Shown here: one piece after another, positions 24,836 through 34,516 of the stretch
How positions within the stretch are numbered: position 1 is the first letter of the stretch
How the letters are laid out: the number at the start of each line of letters is the position of its first letter
Assembly: GCA_963787935.1 (NCBI GenBank)
Contig: CAWBEV010000002.1
Location: 4,563 to 68,562 of the forward strand
Direction of reading: 5' to 3'
DNA length: 64,000 nucleotides
Origin: an uncultured Actinomycetes bacterium
GTDB lineage: Bacteria; Actinomycetota; Thermoleophilia; Solirubrobacterales; Solirubrobacteraceae
Program-made: the position numbers and the translations under genes
Notes under the pieces: model-generated
Seen by the model: the letters and a program-made list of their open reading frames with translations, nothing else
Told to the model about the DNA's origin: nothing
Databases searched by the model: none

Positions 24836-25789
24836 CTACAGCGTGATCATCTGCGCGGGCACGCGCTGCTCGCGATGCGCGGCGAGCGCGGCGGCGCCGA
24901 TCGCGAGGTCCTGGATCGCCAGGCCCGTCGAGTCGAACAGCGTCACCACGTCGGGGCCGGAGCGCCCCGGCGCCTCCCCCGCGAGCACCGCGCCGAGATC
25001 GGTGACCTGCTCACGCGTCACGCGGCCGGCCGCGACCGCGCCGGTGAGCTCGCCCCCGTGCGAGGCCTGGGTCCACTCGTCGCAGTAGAGCTCGCACGCG
25101 GCGACCGCGTCGATCGTCGCCTCGGCCTTCCCGGGGCCGTCCGCCCCGAGAAGGTTCAGATGCAGGCCGGGATGCAGGTCCTCGGCCGCGACGACCGGGG
25201 TCGAGCCCGGCGTGACGCACGTGACGAGGTCGCAGGCGAGCGCCTCCGCATGCGAGCCGACGCGCCATCCGGGCCCGAGCTCGGCGGCGAGCGCCTCGGC
25301 GAGCGCGGCGCGCGGGTCCGTGCAGACGCCCGGCCCGAAGCCCGCGGCGACGAGGCAGCGCGCCGCCCACGCCCCGTGCAGTCCGCAGCCGATCATGCCG
25401 AGCGTGCGCGCACCCGGCGCGGCGAGCTCCTGGGCCGCGACTGCGGCCACCGCGCCGGTGCGCAGCGCCGTCACCGACCGCGCGTCGAGCAGCGCGAGCA
25501 GCTCGGAGGTCGTGGCGTCCGAGAGCGCGACGACGCCCATGACCGTGGGCAGGCCGCGCGAGGGGTTCTGCGGGAACGAGCTGATCCACTTCAGCATCGC
25601 GAGACCGTCGCCGCAGGCGGGCATCGCACGAAAGTCGCCGAACGGCGGCGAGTCGAGGTAGACCTTCGGCGGCATCGTCCACGCGCCGCAGTGATGACGC
25701 AGGAACGCCTCGCGCGTTCGCTCGATCGCCTCCGCGGGGGTGACCGCGGCGAGGACCGCGTCGTGGTCGAGGACCGGCACGTCGGGCAC
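24836..25789 (-). CDS. Ornithine cyclodeaminase / mu-crystallin family protein
   Basis: Intact 317 aa. LKWISSFPQNPSRGLPTVMGVVALSD, TALRTGAVAAVAAQELA, LGMIGCGLHGAWAARCL (Rossmann), FDSTGLAIQDLA. Confidence 0.85.
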   Translation of the reverse strand: MPDVPVLDHDAVLAAVTPAEAIERTREAFLRHHCGAWTMPPKVYLDSPPFGDFRAMPACGDGLAMLKWISSFPQNPSRGLPTVMGVVALSDATTSELLALLDARSVTALRTGAVAAVAAQELAAPGARTLGMIGCGLHGAWAARCLVAAGFGPGVCTDPRAALAEALAAELGPGWRVGSHAEALACDLVTCVTPGSTPVVAAEDLHPGLHLNLLGADGPGKAEATIDAVAACELYCDEWTQASHGGELTGAVAAGRVTREQVTDLGAVLAGEAPGRSGPDVVTLFDSTGLAIQDLAIGAAALAAHREQRVPAQMITL

Positions 25790-25851
25790 GCGCCATTCAC
25801 CTTACGCCGCGCAGGCAGCGCGCGGGCGCAGGGCGTCGATACGATCGGGGC

Positions 25852-26067
25852 GTGCCGCCCACGCGCCTGGAGATCGTCGCCGCGCCGGCCTCGCCCGAGG
25901 AGGCGGCCGCCGTCGTCGCGGCGGTCGAGCGCTTCCTGCGCGAGACGACCCCGGTGGTCGCCGCCGCGGCGGCGCGGATGAGCCCGTGGCAGCGTGCCGC
26001 CCTCCTCGAGGGTGTCGGGCGCGAGCCCGACGAGCCCACGCCCTGGGGCGACCCGAACCCCTGGTAG
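25852..26067 (+). CDS. Probable acyl-CoA carboxylase epsilon subunit (small Ala/Pro-rich protein)
   Basis: 71-aa ORF: LEIVAAPASPEEAAAVVAAVERFL...SPWQRAALLEGV...PWGDPNPW. Size, composition and location between the carboxylase beta and alpha genes fit AccE-type subunits. No strong motif. Confidence 0.5.
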   Translation: MPPTRLEIVAAPASPEEAAAVVAAVERFLRETTPVVAAAAARMSPWQRAALLEGVGREPDEPTPWGDPNPW

Positions 26068-26092
26068 CTTCCTGCGCCCGCCGCTCGCGCCT

Positions 26093-27133
26093 TCAGGAGG
26101 GTCGCGGGCGGTCCGGACCGGCGGGCGCGTCGGGCTGCGCGCTCGGCTCGACCCGAACGTCGTCGTCCCGGGGTTCGCCGTCACCTGCGCCTGAGGCGCC
26201 GTCGCCTCGGTGGCGGGCGCGGAACGCGGCGACCCGCCGCCGGACCTGCTCGCGCACGGCGTCGACCTGCCGCTGGAAGGCGCGCCAGTCGGCATGCACC
26301 TCGGCGTCGCTCTCGCGCTCGCCGTGGCGGATGCGGCGCAGCTCGTCGTGGATCTCGCGCCCGATCGCCGACGAGACGACGATCGCGAGCATGAAGCCGA
26401 AGAGCCACGAGATCAGCGCGAACGTCGCACCGATCACCCCGTAGCGGCCGGTGTACGAGTCGAAGAGCTGCGGGAGCCACAGGCCGGACACGCCCATGTA
26501 CACCCCGGCCAGCGCGGTGGCGAGCAGGCCGAACGGCAGCAGCGCGGGCCAGTCGACGCGTCGCGCGCTCAGCATCACGCCGCTCCACACGAGGAAGATG
26601 ATCCCCAGCAGGACCGTGGCGACGAAGCCCACGATCCCGAACACCGGCCCGTTGAGGAACCCCGCGACCGCCCCGGACACCGCCGAGTAGGCGACCAGGC
26701 CGGCGATCCACCACAGGCCGCCGCGCGTGTTGCGCACGCTGAGCGGCGGGAGCTCCCACGTGCGCTCGATGAGCCGCTGGACGGCGCGCGTGAAGCTCAG
26801 CACGGTCACGATCAGCAGCAGCGCGCCGACGATGCCGAGCGACGTCTGCACGCCTTCGGGCGGGGCGAACGCGTCGCGGACCGCGGTGGCGCCGTCGCCT
26901 GAAAGGTCGAAGCGCTCGATGATCCGGTCGGCCGTGCTCTCGCTCCCGAAGCGCGGGAGCAGCGCGCCGACGAGGATCGACAACGGGATCAGGGCCGTGA
27001 ACGCGCTCGAGGCCAGTGCGATCGCCCGGTCGAAGCCCTCGACCGCATTGAAGCGCCGCAGGCAGCGCACGACGAACGCCGGCCGCAGCCAGAACGTCAG
27101 CTCACGCATCACTCGGCGGCGGTCGACCGGCAT
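26093..27133 (-). CDS. YihY/BrkB (virulence factor BrkB) family membrane protein with charged C-terminal extension
   Basis: Intact 346 aa. CLRRFNAVEGFDRAIALASSAFTALIPLSILVGALLP, six hydrophobic segments, then tail HDELRRIRHGERESD... Confidence 0.8.
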   Translation of the reverse strand: MPVDRRRVMRELTFWLRPAFVVRCLRRFNAVEGFDRAIALASSAFTALIPLSILVGALLPRFGSESTADRIIERFDLSGDGATAVRDAFAPPEGVQTSLGIVGALLLIVTVLSFTRAVQRLIERTWELPPLSVRNTRGGLWWIAGLVAYSAVSGAVAGFLNGPVFGIVGFVATVLLGIIFLVWSGVMLSARRVDWPALLPFGLLATALAGVYMGVSGLWLPQLFDSYTGRYGVIGATFALISWLFGFMLAIVVSSAIGREIHDELRRIRHGERESDAEVHADWRAFQRQVDAVREQVRRRVAAFRARHRGDGASGAGDGEPRDDDVRVEPSAQPDAPAGPDRPRPS

Positions 27134-27203
27134 CGGCGGCGATTCTCGCAGCGACAGGCGCCGCGCAACGGCGCGCCCGGCGCGCGGGTAATCTCAGGCG
27201 CCC

Positions 27204-29018
27204 ATGTTCTCGAAGATCCTGGTCGCCAATCGTGGCGAGATCGCCATCCGCGTCATCCGCGCCTGCAAGGAGCTCGGCATCCCCTCGGTCGCCGTGTACT
27301 CGGAGATCGACCGCGACGCCCTCCACGTGAAGGCCGCCGACGAGGCCTACCTGCTCGGCCCCGGCCCGGCCGCCGAGAGCTACCTCAACGTGCCGAAGCT
27401 CATGGAGGTCATCGCCCAATGCGGCGCCGACGCCGTGCATCCGGGCTACGGGTTCCTCGCCGAGAACGCCCCGTTCGCGCGCACGCTCGAGGAGGCCGGG
27501 ATCGTGTTCATCGGGCCGCCGGCGAGCGCGATCGACGCGATGGGCTCCAAGACCGCCGCACGCGAGCTCATGGAGAAGGCCGGCGTGCCGATCGTCCCGG
27601 GGACGACCGAGACGGTCGAGAGCGTCGAGGACGCGCGCACGATCATCGCCGACGGGATCGGGTTCCCGGTCGCGATCAAGGCCTCGGGCGGCGGCGGCGG
27701 CAAGGGCTTCCGCGTCGCGCTCACCGAGGGCGAGCTCGAAGCCGCCTTCGAGGGCGCCTCCCGCGAGGGCGAGAAGTTCTTCAGCGACGGGCGCGTGTAC
27801 GTCGAGCGCTACCTCGCGAACCCGCGCCACGTCGAGGTGCAGGTCCTCGCCGACACGCACGGCAACACGATCCACCTCGGCGAGCGCGACTGCTCGATCC
27901 AACGCCGCCACCAGAAGCTCATCGAGGAGTCCCCGGCGCCCGAGTGGATCGTCGACCCCGAGATGCGCGCGCGGATCGGCGCGATCGGCGTGAACGCCGC
28001 GAAGGCCGTCGGCTACGTCGGCGCCGGCACCGTCGAGGGCATGCTGAACGACGGCGACTACTACTTCCTCGAGATGAACACCCGGGTCCAGGTCGAGCAC
28101 TGCGTCACCGAGATGACGACCGGCGTGGACGTCGTCAAGGAGGGCATCCGCGCGGCAGCGGGCCTCGAGCTCTCGGTGCGCCAGGAGGACGTCGAGCTCC
28201 GCGGCCACGCGATCGAGTGCCGCATCAACGCCGAGAACGCCGCGAAGAACTTCGCTCCGGCACCCGGGAGGATCGGCCGCTACAAGGAGCCCGCGGGGCC
28301 CGGCGTGCGCGTTGATTCCGGTGTCGGCGAGAACGGCGAGGTCTCGCCGATGTACGACCCGATGGTCGCAAAGCTCATCGTCTGGGACGTGGACCGCGCG
28401 CAGGCGACCGCGCGCATGATCCGCGCCCTCGACGAGTACGAGATCGAGGGCCTGACGACGCTGATCCCGTTCCACCGCGCGCTGCTCGGGACCGAGCAGT
28501 GGGCCAAGGGCGAGACGTGCCGCGACCTCGTCGAGGACAAGGAGTGGCTGAAGACGACCGCCCCGCCCCCGGCCCCGAAGCCCGAGCTCGACGAGGACGG
28601 CGAGCCCGTCGAGACGCTCGAGCAGACCTACACCGTCGAGGTCTCCGGGCGGCGCTTCGACGTGAACGTCATCGGACCGGGGTTCGCGGGCGCGGTCGGC
28701 GCGAACGGCGCGGGCGCTCGCGCGGGCTCGAAGAAGCCGCGCCGCAGCGAGCGCAAGAGCGCCGGCGCGGGCGGCCCCGACCTGCTCGAGTCGCCGCTTC
28801 AGGGGAACATGTGGAAGGTCGTCGTCGAGAAGGGGCAGGCCGTCGAGGAGGGCCAGCTCCTGTGCATCATCGAGGCGATGAAGATGGAGAACGAGATCAC
28901 CGCGCACAAGGCGGGCGTGATCCAGGAGCTCCCGATCACCGAGGGTGCCGCGATCGCCGCGGGTGACCCGATCGCCCGCATCGTCACGGCCGCGGCCGAC
29001 GGCGACGCAGCCGGATGA
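27204..29018 (+). CDS. Acetyl/propionyl-CoA carboxylase alpha subunit (biotin carboxylase + BCCP)
   Basis: Intact 604 aa. MFSKILVANRGEIAIRVIRACKELGI, GYGFLAENA, KASGGGGGKGFRV, ERDCSIQRRHQKLIEE, C-terminal biotinyl motif IIEAMKMENEI. Confidence 0.94.
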   Translation: MFSKILVANRGEIAIRVIRACKELGIPSVAVYSEIDRDALHVKAADEAYLLGPGPAAESYLNVPKLMEVIAQCGADAVHPGYGFLAENAPFARTLEEAGIVFIGPPASAIDAMGSKTAARELMEKAGVPIVPGTTETVESVEDARTIIADGIGFPVAIKASGGGGGKGFRVALTEGELEAAFEGASREGEKFFSDGRVYVERYLANPRHVEVQVLADTHGNTIHLGERDCSIQRRHQKLIEESPAPEWIVDPEMRARIGAIGVNAAKAVGYVGAGTVEGMLNDGDYYFLEMNTRVQVEHCVTEMTTGVDVVKEGIRAAAGLELSVRQEDVELRGHAIECRINAENAAKNFAPAPGRIGRYKEPAGPGVRVDSGVGENGEVSPMYDPMVAKLIVWDVDRAQATARMIRALDEYEIEGLTTLIPFHRALLGTEQWAKGETCRDLVEDKEWLKTTAPPPAPKPELDEDGEPVETLEQTYTVEVSGRRFDVNVIGPGFAGAVGANGAGARAGSKKPRRSERKSAGAGGPDLLESPLQGNMWKVVVEKGQAVEEGQLLCIIEAMKMENEITAHKAGVIQELPITEGAAIAAGDPIARIVTAAADGDAAG

Positions 29019-29470
29019 CCGAGGTCGACTGGGCCCAGGTCGCCGCCGGCTACGAGCAGGCGATCCCGTTCAGCGCGTTCATCGGCCTGAAGGTGGCCGA
29101 GATCGGCCCGGGCGTCGGCGTCGTCGTCCTGCCGGAGGGCGAGGACACGCTGAACCACGTGCGCTCGCAGCACGCCGGCGCCCTGTTCACGGCCGGTGAG
29201 GCGGCGTCGGGCGCCGCCTTCATCTCGATCTTCGCCGACCGCATGGGCGACGTCACGCCGCTCGCCGAGACCGCAGAGATCGCCTACCGGCGGATCGCGC
29301 GCGGAGACATCACGGCGACCGGCCGGTTCGCCGGCGACACGCAGGCGTTGTTCGACGAGCTCGACCGCGAGGGCCGTGTGCGCTTCCCGATCGCCGTCGA
29401 GCTCACGGACGCCGGCGGCGAGGTCGTCGCCGAGATGACCGTCCGGTGGTACGTGCGGGTCAAGGCCTGA
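29015..29470 (+). CDS. Hotdog-fold thioesterase (PaaI / DUF4442-like)
   Basis: Intact 151 aa; start overlaps the carboxylase stop (ATGA). IPFSAFIGLKVAEIGPGVGVVVLPEGEDTLNHVRSQHAGALFTAGEAASGAAF. Confidence 0.65.
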   Translation: MTEVDWAQVAAGYEQAIPFSAFIGLKVAEIGPGVGVVVLPEGEDTLNHVRSQHAGALFTAGEAASGAAFISIFADRMGDVTPLAETAEIAYRRIARGDITATGRFAGDTQALFDELDREGRVRFPIAVELTDAGGEVVAEMTVRWYVRVKA

Positions 29471-29474
29471 GGCC

Positions 29475-29963
29475 GTGAGCGACGGCCCCGAGGTCTGGCT
29501 GGCGACGCCCGCGGAGGCGCCGACGGTGGCGCGACTCCTGACCGGCTTCCGCGACCACCTCGGCAAGGACTGGCCGAGCGACAACGCGTTCCTCGCCGGC
29601 GTCGAGAAGCTCATCGCGATCGGCGAGCCGGACACGGAGTTCGTCATCGGCGCCCCGGACGCCGACGCCGCGCCGGCCGGCGTCGTCGCGCTGCGCTACC
29701 GCCACAGCATCTGGACCGCTTCGCCGGACTGCCTGATCGAGGACGTCTTCGTCGAGGACGGCGCGCGCGGCACCGGCCTCGGCCGCGCGCTCGTGAGGTT
29801 CGCGCTGGAGCGGGCACGCGAACGCGGGTGCCGGCGCGCGGAGCTCGACGTCAACGAGTCGAACCCGGCGGCGCTGCGCCTCTACGCATCGCTCGGCTTC
29901 GGGAAGAAGGCCACGCCCTGGGACGGGCGGGACCTCTTCCTGAACATCCGCCTGGACGACTGA
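29475..29963 (+). CDS. GNAT family N-acetyltransferase
   Basis: Intact 162 aa. LIEDVFVEDGARGTGLGRALVRFALERARERGCRRAELDVNESNPAALRLYASLGF (Q/RxxGxG/A acetyl-CoA motif). Confidence 0.85.
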   Translation: MSDGPEVWLATPAEAPTVARLLTGFRDHLGKDWPSDNAFLAGVEKLIAIGEPDTEFVIGAPDADAAPAGVVALRYRHSIWTASPDCLIEDVFVEDGARGTGLGRALVRFALERARERGCRRAELDVNESNPAALRLYASLGFGKKATPWDGRDLFLNIRLDD

Positions 29964-30010
29964 GGCTCGCCCCCGGCGCCGCCGGGGCGCCGCGTATCGT
30001 CGTCGCGCTG

Positions 30011-30673
30011 ATGGCCGGGTCGTCGCTCTTCAGCTTCGAGCACGTGCGCGTGGCGGGCGAGGACCGCCCGCGGCTCGACGACGTGAGCATCGAGCTTCCC
30101 GGCTCGGGGATCACGGCGCTCGCCGGGCCGTCCGGCGCCGGGAAGTCGACGCTGCTGCGCTGCTGCAACCGGCTCGAGGCGCCCGCGGCCGGCACCGTGC
30201 GATTCCGCGGCCGGGACGTCGCCGAGCTCGACCCGCTCGCCCACCGCCGCGCGGTCGGGATGGTCTTCCAGCAGCCCGTGCTGTTCGCCGGGACGGTCGC
30301 CGACAACCTGCGCGTCGCCGAGCCGGGGGCGAGCGACGAGCGCGTCGCCGGCCTGCTGCGCCGCGCGGCGCTCGACCCCGGGGTCTTCGCCGAGCGCGAC
30401 GCCGACACGCTCTCCGGCGGCGAGGGCCAGCGCGCCTGCCTGGCCCGCACGCTGGCGACCGAGCCGCAGGTGCTGCTCATGGACGAGCCGACCTCGGCGC
30501 TCGACGCCGCGGCGACCGCCGAGCTCGAGGAGCTCATGCGCGTCCTGGCCGACGATGGTGTGCCCGTCGTGCTCGTCACGCACGACGAGCCGCAGCTCGA
30601 GCGCGTCGCCGATCACGTCGTCCGCCTGCGCGATGGTCGCCTGGACGGCGAGCTCGAGCACCGCCATGGCTGA
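30011..30673 (+). CDS. ABC transporter ATP-binding protein (FetA/YbbL-like)
   Basis: The in-frame ATG at 30011 in ORF 29828..30673 gives 220 aa. Walker A GPSGAGKSTLL, signature LSGGEGQR, Walker B LLMDEPTSALD. Confidence 0.9.
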   Translation: MAGSSLFSFEHVRVAGEDRPRLDDVSIELPGSGITALAGPSGAGKSTLLRCCNRLEAPAAGTVRFRGRDVAELDPLAHRRAVGMVFQQPVLFAGTVADNLRVAEPGASDERVAGLLRRAALDPGVFAERDADTLSGGEGQRACLARTLATEPQVLLMDEPTSALDAAATAELEELMRVLADDGVPVVLVTHDEPQLERVADHVVRLRDGRLDGELEHRHG

Positions 30674-31452
30674 AGGGGACGTCAGCTGGGTCGGCCTCGT
30701 CGCCTCGCTGGCGCTGATCGCCGTCGCGGTCGTCGATCTCGTTGCGCGAGCGGCTCGGGCTCGAGCGCGACATGATCGTCTCGGTCGTGCGCTCTGCGGT
30801 CCAGCTGCTGCTCGTCGCACTCGCGCTGCAGGTGATCGTCGACCCGGGCACCCCGCTCGTCTGGTCGTGGCTGTGGGTCGCGGGGATCGTCGTGTTCGCC
30901 GCGGTGACCGTGCGCCGGCGCGCGCCGCAGCTTCCCGGCGTGCTGAAGGTCGCGCTCACGGCGCAGGCGACGACCGCCGTCGTCGCGCTCGGCCTGACAT
31001 TCGGCCTCGGGATCTTCCCGGTCGACGGGCGCACGGTCGTGCCGGTCGCCGGGATGGTCGTCGGGAATTCGATGAAGTCGTGCGTCGTGGTCGCCACCGC
31101 GCTCGCCGGGCTGGTGGCCGACCGCCGCCCGGACGTCGAGGCGCGCCTGGCACTCGGGCTGCCCGGTGTCGATGCGGCACGTCCGCTCGTGCGACGGGCC
31201 CTGCGCCTGGCGATCTCCCCGCAGATCGAGAACACGAAGGCACTCGGCATCGTGTTCCTGCCCGGCGCGATGACCGGCCTGATCCTCGCCGGCGTGGACC
31301 CGCTCGACGCCGTCCTCGTGCAGCTCGCGCTGATGTGGATCATCCTCGGCGCGACCGTCGTGACGACCGCCACGACGGCGCTCGCCGGAACCCGCCGGCT
31401 GTTCACGACCGATCAGCGGCTGATCCGGCTGGCCCGCTCGCCGCGCGACTGA
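30666..31452 (+). pseudogene. ABC transporter permease, UPF0014/FetB(YbbM)-like; single frame break at about 30741
   Basis: MAEGDVSWVGLVASLALIAVAVVDLV (frame of ORF 30555) continues as LRERLGLERDMIVSVVRSAVQLLLVALALQ...NSMKS...ISPQIENTKALGIVFLPGAMTG (ORF 30742..31452). One extra nt lies between ctc and ttg. Confidence 0.8.
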
Positions 31453-31455
31453 CGC

Positions 31456-31809
31456 TCAGGCCGGCGGCGCGGCCATGAGCTCGACGCGGTGCCCGGCGGG
31501 CGTGCGCACGTACCCGCGGGGCCGCCCCCAGTGCTCCGCGCGCGGCTCGAACGCGACGCCGGCGGCGGCCAGGCGTGCGAGCGTGCCGTCCCAGTCCGCG
31601 GCGACGACGGCGACGTGCCCGTCGGGCATCGCGACCGGATCACGATCCACGTAGAGGACGTGGATCTGTGTCCCGCCGTGCTCGACCCAGCGTGCGCGGC
31701 CCGCGAGCGTCGGCGGCACGGGCACCTCGGGGAACCCGAGCAGCGCCCAGAAGGCGACCTCGGCCCCGGCGTCGGCGGCGCGGCACTCGAGCGCGACGTG
31801 CTGGATCAC
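31456..31809 (-). CDS. VOC (glyoxalase/bleomycin-resistance/dioxygenase) family protein
   Basis: C-terminal 117 aa of ORF 31456..32091, from GTG 31809: VIQHVALECRAADAGAEVAFWALLGF...GHVAVVAADWDGTLARLAAAGVAFE...GYVRTPAGHRVELM. Start overlaps the upstream stop (GTGA). Confidence 0.7.
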   Translation of the reverse strand: MIQHVALECRAADAGAEVAFWALLGFPEVPVPPTLAGRARWVEHGGTQIHVLYVDRDPVAMPDGHVAVVAADWDGTLARLAAAGVAFEPRAEHWGRPRGYVRTPAGHRVELMAAPPA

Positions 31810-32558
31810 CAGCGCCCCCGGTTCTCGGCGTCGATCGTCCGCTGCGCGGCCGAGCGCCGGGCGAGCGGCAGCTCCCCGGTCTCGAGGTAGGTGAGGTCCT
31901 CGCGCAGCAACGCGGCCGCGCGCGGGGCGTCGAGCACCGCGCCGTGCCCGGGGACGACGTGCTCGGCGGCCTCGATCAGCGGCAGCAGCCGCGCGAGCGT
32001 CGCGCGGTAGGCGCTGCGCGAACCGCCCTCCGAGATCCACGGGATCTCGACCGGCGAGACGTAGTCGCCCAGCACGAGTGCGCGCGCCCACGGGATCGCG
32101 ATCGCCATGCCCTCCGGGACGTGACCCTCGGTCGGATGCAGCTCGAGCTCCGCGTCACCGACCTCGAGCGTCCCCGGGACCGGCAGCGCCTGCAGCTCAC
32201 CGAGCCGCAGCGGCGCGCCCCGCTCGACGTAGTGCTCGTCGTCGAAGACGCGCAGCTCGCGGACGGCCTCGCCGGGGGTTCCCGTGAGCCGTGCGGCGGT
32301 CGTCTCCGCGCAGCCGAGCGCTGCGTCCGGGAACGCGAACCGGCCGAGCAGGTGGTCCCAGTCGCCGTGGGTGGCGAGCAGCCCCGAGCACGTCCAGCCG
32401 ACGTGCTCGAGCAGCCCCGGCAGCGAGTCGAGCTCCTCCGGCAGGACCGGCGAGTCGATGACGAACGCCTCGGCCCCGCGATGGACGATCGTGCAGTTCG
32501 TCTGCCAGAACGCCGACGTGCAGACGAGCACGTCCTCGTGCAGCGCGACGACGCGCAT
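31806..32558 (-). CDS. MBL-fold metallo-hydrolase
   Basis: Intact 250 aa. TNCTIVHRGAEAFVIDSP...LLATHGDWDHLLG (HxHxDH-type variant)...PTEGHVPEGMAIAIP. Confidence 0.8.
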   Translation of the reverse strand: MRVVALHEDVLVCTSAFWQTNCTIVHRGAEAFVIDSPVLPEELDSLPGLLEHVGWTCSGLLATHGDWDHLLGRFAFPDAALGCAETTAARLTGTPGEAVRELRVFDDEHYVERGAPLRLGELQALPVPGTLEVGDAELELHPTEGHVPEGMAIAIPWARALVLGDYVSPVEIPWISEGGSRSAYRATLARLLPLIEAAEHVVPGHGAVLDAPRAAALLREDLTYLETGELPLARRSAAQRTIDAENRGRW

Positions 32559-32571
32559 CGCCCGCTCCGCG

Positions 32572-33255
32572 CTAGGCCGCGCCGAGGAGCTTTGCCGCTT
32601 CGAGCAGCGTCTTGACCTCGGCCGTCGGCTTCTTCGCGCTCGGCTCCAGCACGTCCTTGCGGCGATTGACCCAGATCACCGGGACCTTCGCCTTGAGGCA
32701 CGGCTCGATGTCGGTGTGGTGGCCGCATGCGACGTGCACCCAGTTCTTCTTGCCGCCGACGCGCCGCGCGAACTCGGTGAAGTGCGCCGCGTCCGGCTTG
32801 TAGGAGCGCACCTGCTGGGCGGTCACGACGAGGTCGAAGTCGTGCGGGATGTGGCGCCGCGTCTCGCCCAGGAGCTTGTCGTCGATGTTCGAGATGAGCC
32901 CCGTCTGGAACTTCTTGCCGAACCGCACGAGCTGCGTGTTCGTCTCCTTGAACGGGCGCCAGCGCGGCAGCGAGTCTGGCAGGAAGCCCGACCGCGAGGG
33001 CTCGAGCGGCCAGTCGATCTCCTTGGCGATCTGGACGGCGCAGCGCCGCAGGACCTCGGCGTAGAGCTCGTAGCTGCCGCCCTCGATCTCGTGCTGGAGC
33101 TCGAGGAAGCGCGGGAAGATCGCGTCGGGGTCCTCGATCGTGAAGCCCTCGCGCTGCGCCTCGCGATGGAATGCGTCGATGATCGCCGTCTCCCAGTCGA
33201 TGAGCGAGCCATAGACGTCGAACGTGACCCAGGTGACCTTCGCGGGGAGCGGCAT
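32572..33255 (-). CDS. HAD-superfamily hydrolase (haloacid dehalogenase type II-like)
   Basis: Intact 227 aa. VTFDVYGSLIDWE (DxYG nucleophile motif), GLISNID, SYKPDAAHF, VHVACGHHTDIE. Confidence 0.8.
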   Translation of the reverse strand: MPLPAKVTWVTFDVYGSLIDWETAIIDAFHREAQREGFTIEDPDAIFPRFLELQHEIEGGSYELYAEVLRRCAVQIAKEIDWPLEPSRSGFLPDSLPRWRPFKETNTQLVRFGKKFQTGLISNIDDKLLGETRRHIPHDFDLVVTAQQVRSYKPDAAHFTEFARRVGGKKNWVHVACGHHTDIEPCLKAKVPVIWVNRRKDVLEPSAKKPTAEVKTLLEAAKLLGAA

Positions 33256-33362
33256 AGGCGGTGCATTCTAGGAACCGCCCGCGGCGAGGCGGCGCGCGGG
33301 TGCGTGCGCGCGGCGACCGGCGGGCGGCGCGAGCCCCCTCTCCGCTAGCCTCCGGCGCCGCT

Positions 33363-34516
33363 ATGGACCTCCTCGAATATCAGGGCAAGCAGCTCTTCGC
33401 CCGCCACGACATCCCCGTGCCGTCGGGCATCCCCGCGCGCACCGTCCCGGATGCCGTCGCCGCCGCCGAGCGGATCGGATTCCCCTGCGTCGTCAAGGCG
33501 CAGGTGAAGATCGGCGGGCGCGGCAAGGCCGGCGGCATCAAGGTCGTGCAGAGCGTCGGCGAGGCGCGCAGCGCAGCCCACGCGATCCTCGGCATGGACA
33601 TCAAGGGCTTCCGCGTCCATGAGGTCTGGGTCGAGGGCGCCTCCCAGATCGAGGCCGAGTACTACGCCGCGATCGTCTTCGACCGCTCCGCGAAGCAGCC
33701 GCTCGTGATGTTCTCGCTCAAGGGGGGGATGGACATCGAGGCGGTCGCCGAGGAGGACCCCGACGCCCTCGCGACGCTCCACGTCGATCCGCTGCTCGGC
33801 TTCCAGGCCGTTCCACGCACGGCGCCTGACGTTCGACGCCGGGGTCCCCGCCGACCTGCTGCGGCCGGTCGGCGCGTTCCTCGGGAGGCTCTACGACGTG
33901 TTCGTCGCCGAGGAGGCGATGCTCGTCGAGGTCAACCCGCTGATCGTCACACCCGACCGCCAGGTGCGCGCGCTCGACGCGAAGGTGACGCTCGACGACA
34001 ACGCGCTGTTCCGGCACGTGGAGAACGCGACGCTGCGCGACCCGAGCGCCGAGGACCCGCAGGAGCAGATGGCCAAGGAGCGCGGCCTGACCTATGTGAA
34101 GCTCGACGGGGACATCGGCATCCTCGGCAACGGCGCGGGCCTCGTGATGAGCACGCTCGACGTCGTCGCCCAGTACGGCGGCGAGCCGGCGAACTTCCTC
34201 GACGCGGGCGGCGGCTCGAAGGCCGAGGCGATCACGCAGGCCGTGGACGTGATCCTCTCGAACGAGAAGGTCAAGGCGGTGCTGTTCAACATCTTCGGCG
34301 GCATCACCCGCTGCGACGAGGTCGCCAACGGCCTGATCGCCGCCTTCCGGCAGATCCAGCCGACGGTGCCGTTCGTCGTGCGCCTCGACGGCACGAACGA
34401 CGTCGAGGGACGGCGCATCCTCGCCGAGGCCGACCTGCCGAACGTCCACACCGCATCCGACCATGAACGAGGCCGCCGAGAAGGTCGTCGCGCTGGCCAG
34501 GGAGGCGTCGGCATGA
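33363..34516 (+). pseudogene. sucC: Succinyl-CoA ligase (ADP-forming) beta subunit; two +1 frame breaks (about 33810 and about 34459)
   Basis: MDLLEYQGKQLFARHDIPVPSG...VVKAQVKIGGRGKAGGIKV in the ORF 33261 frame, then FHARRLTFDAG...MLVEVNPL...GNGAGLVMSTLD...NIFGGITRCDEV in the ORF 33898 frame. The final [18 protein letters not shown] is in a third frame, overlapping the sucD ATG. Confidence 0.92.

Noticed and set aside
31456-31809. The VOC-family protein as the missing methylmalonyl-CoA epimerase.
   Set aside because: The sequence lacks the epimerase idioms (IDHIGIAV, HHIA-type metal ligands in the usual spacing) and looks like a generic glyoxalase/bleomycin-resistance fold.
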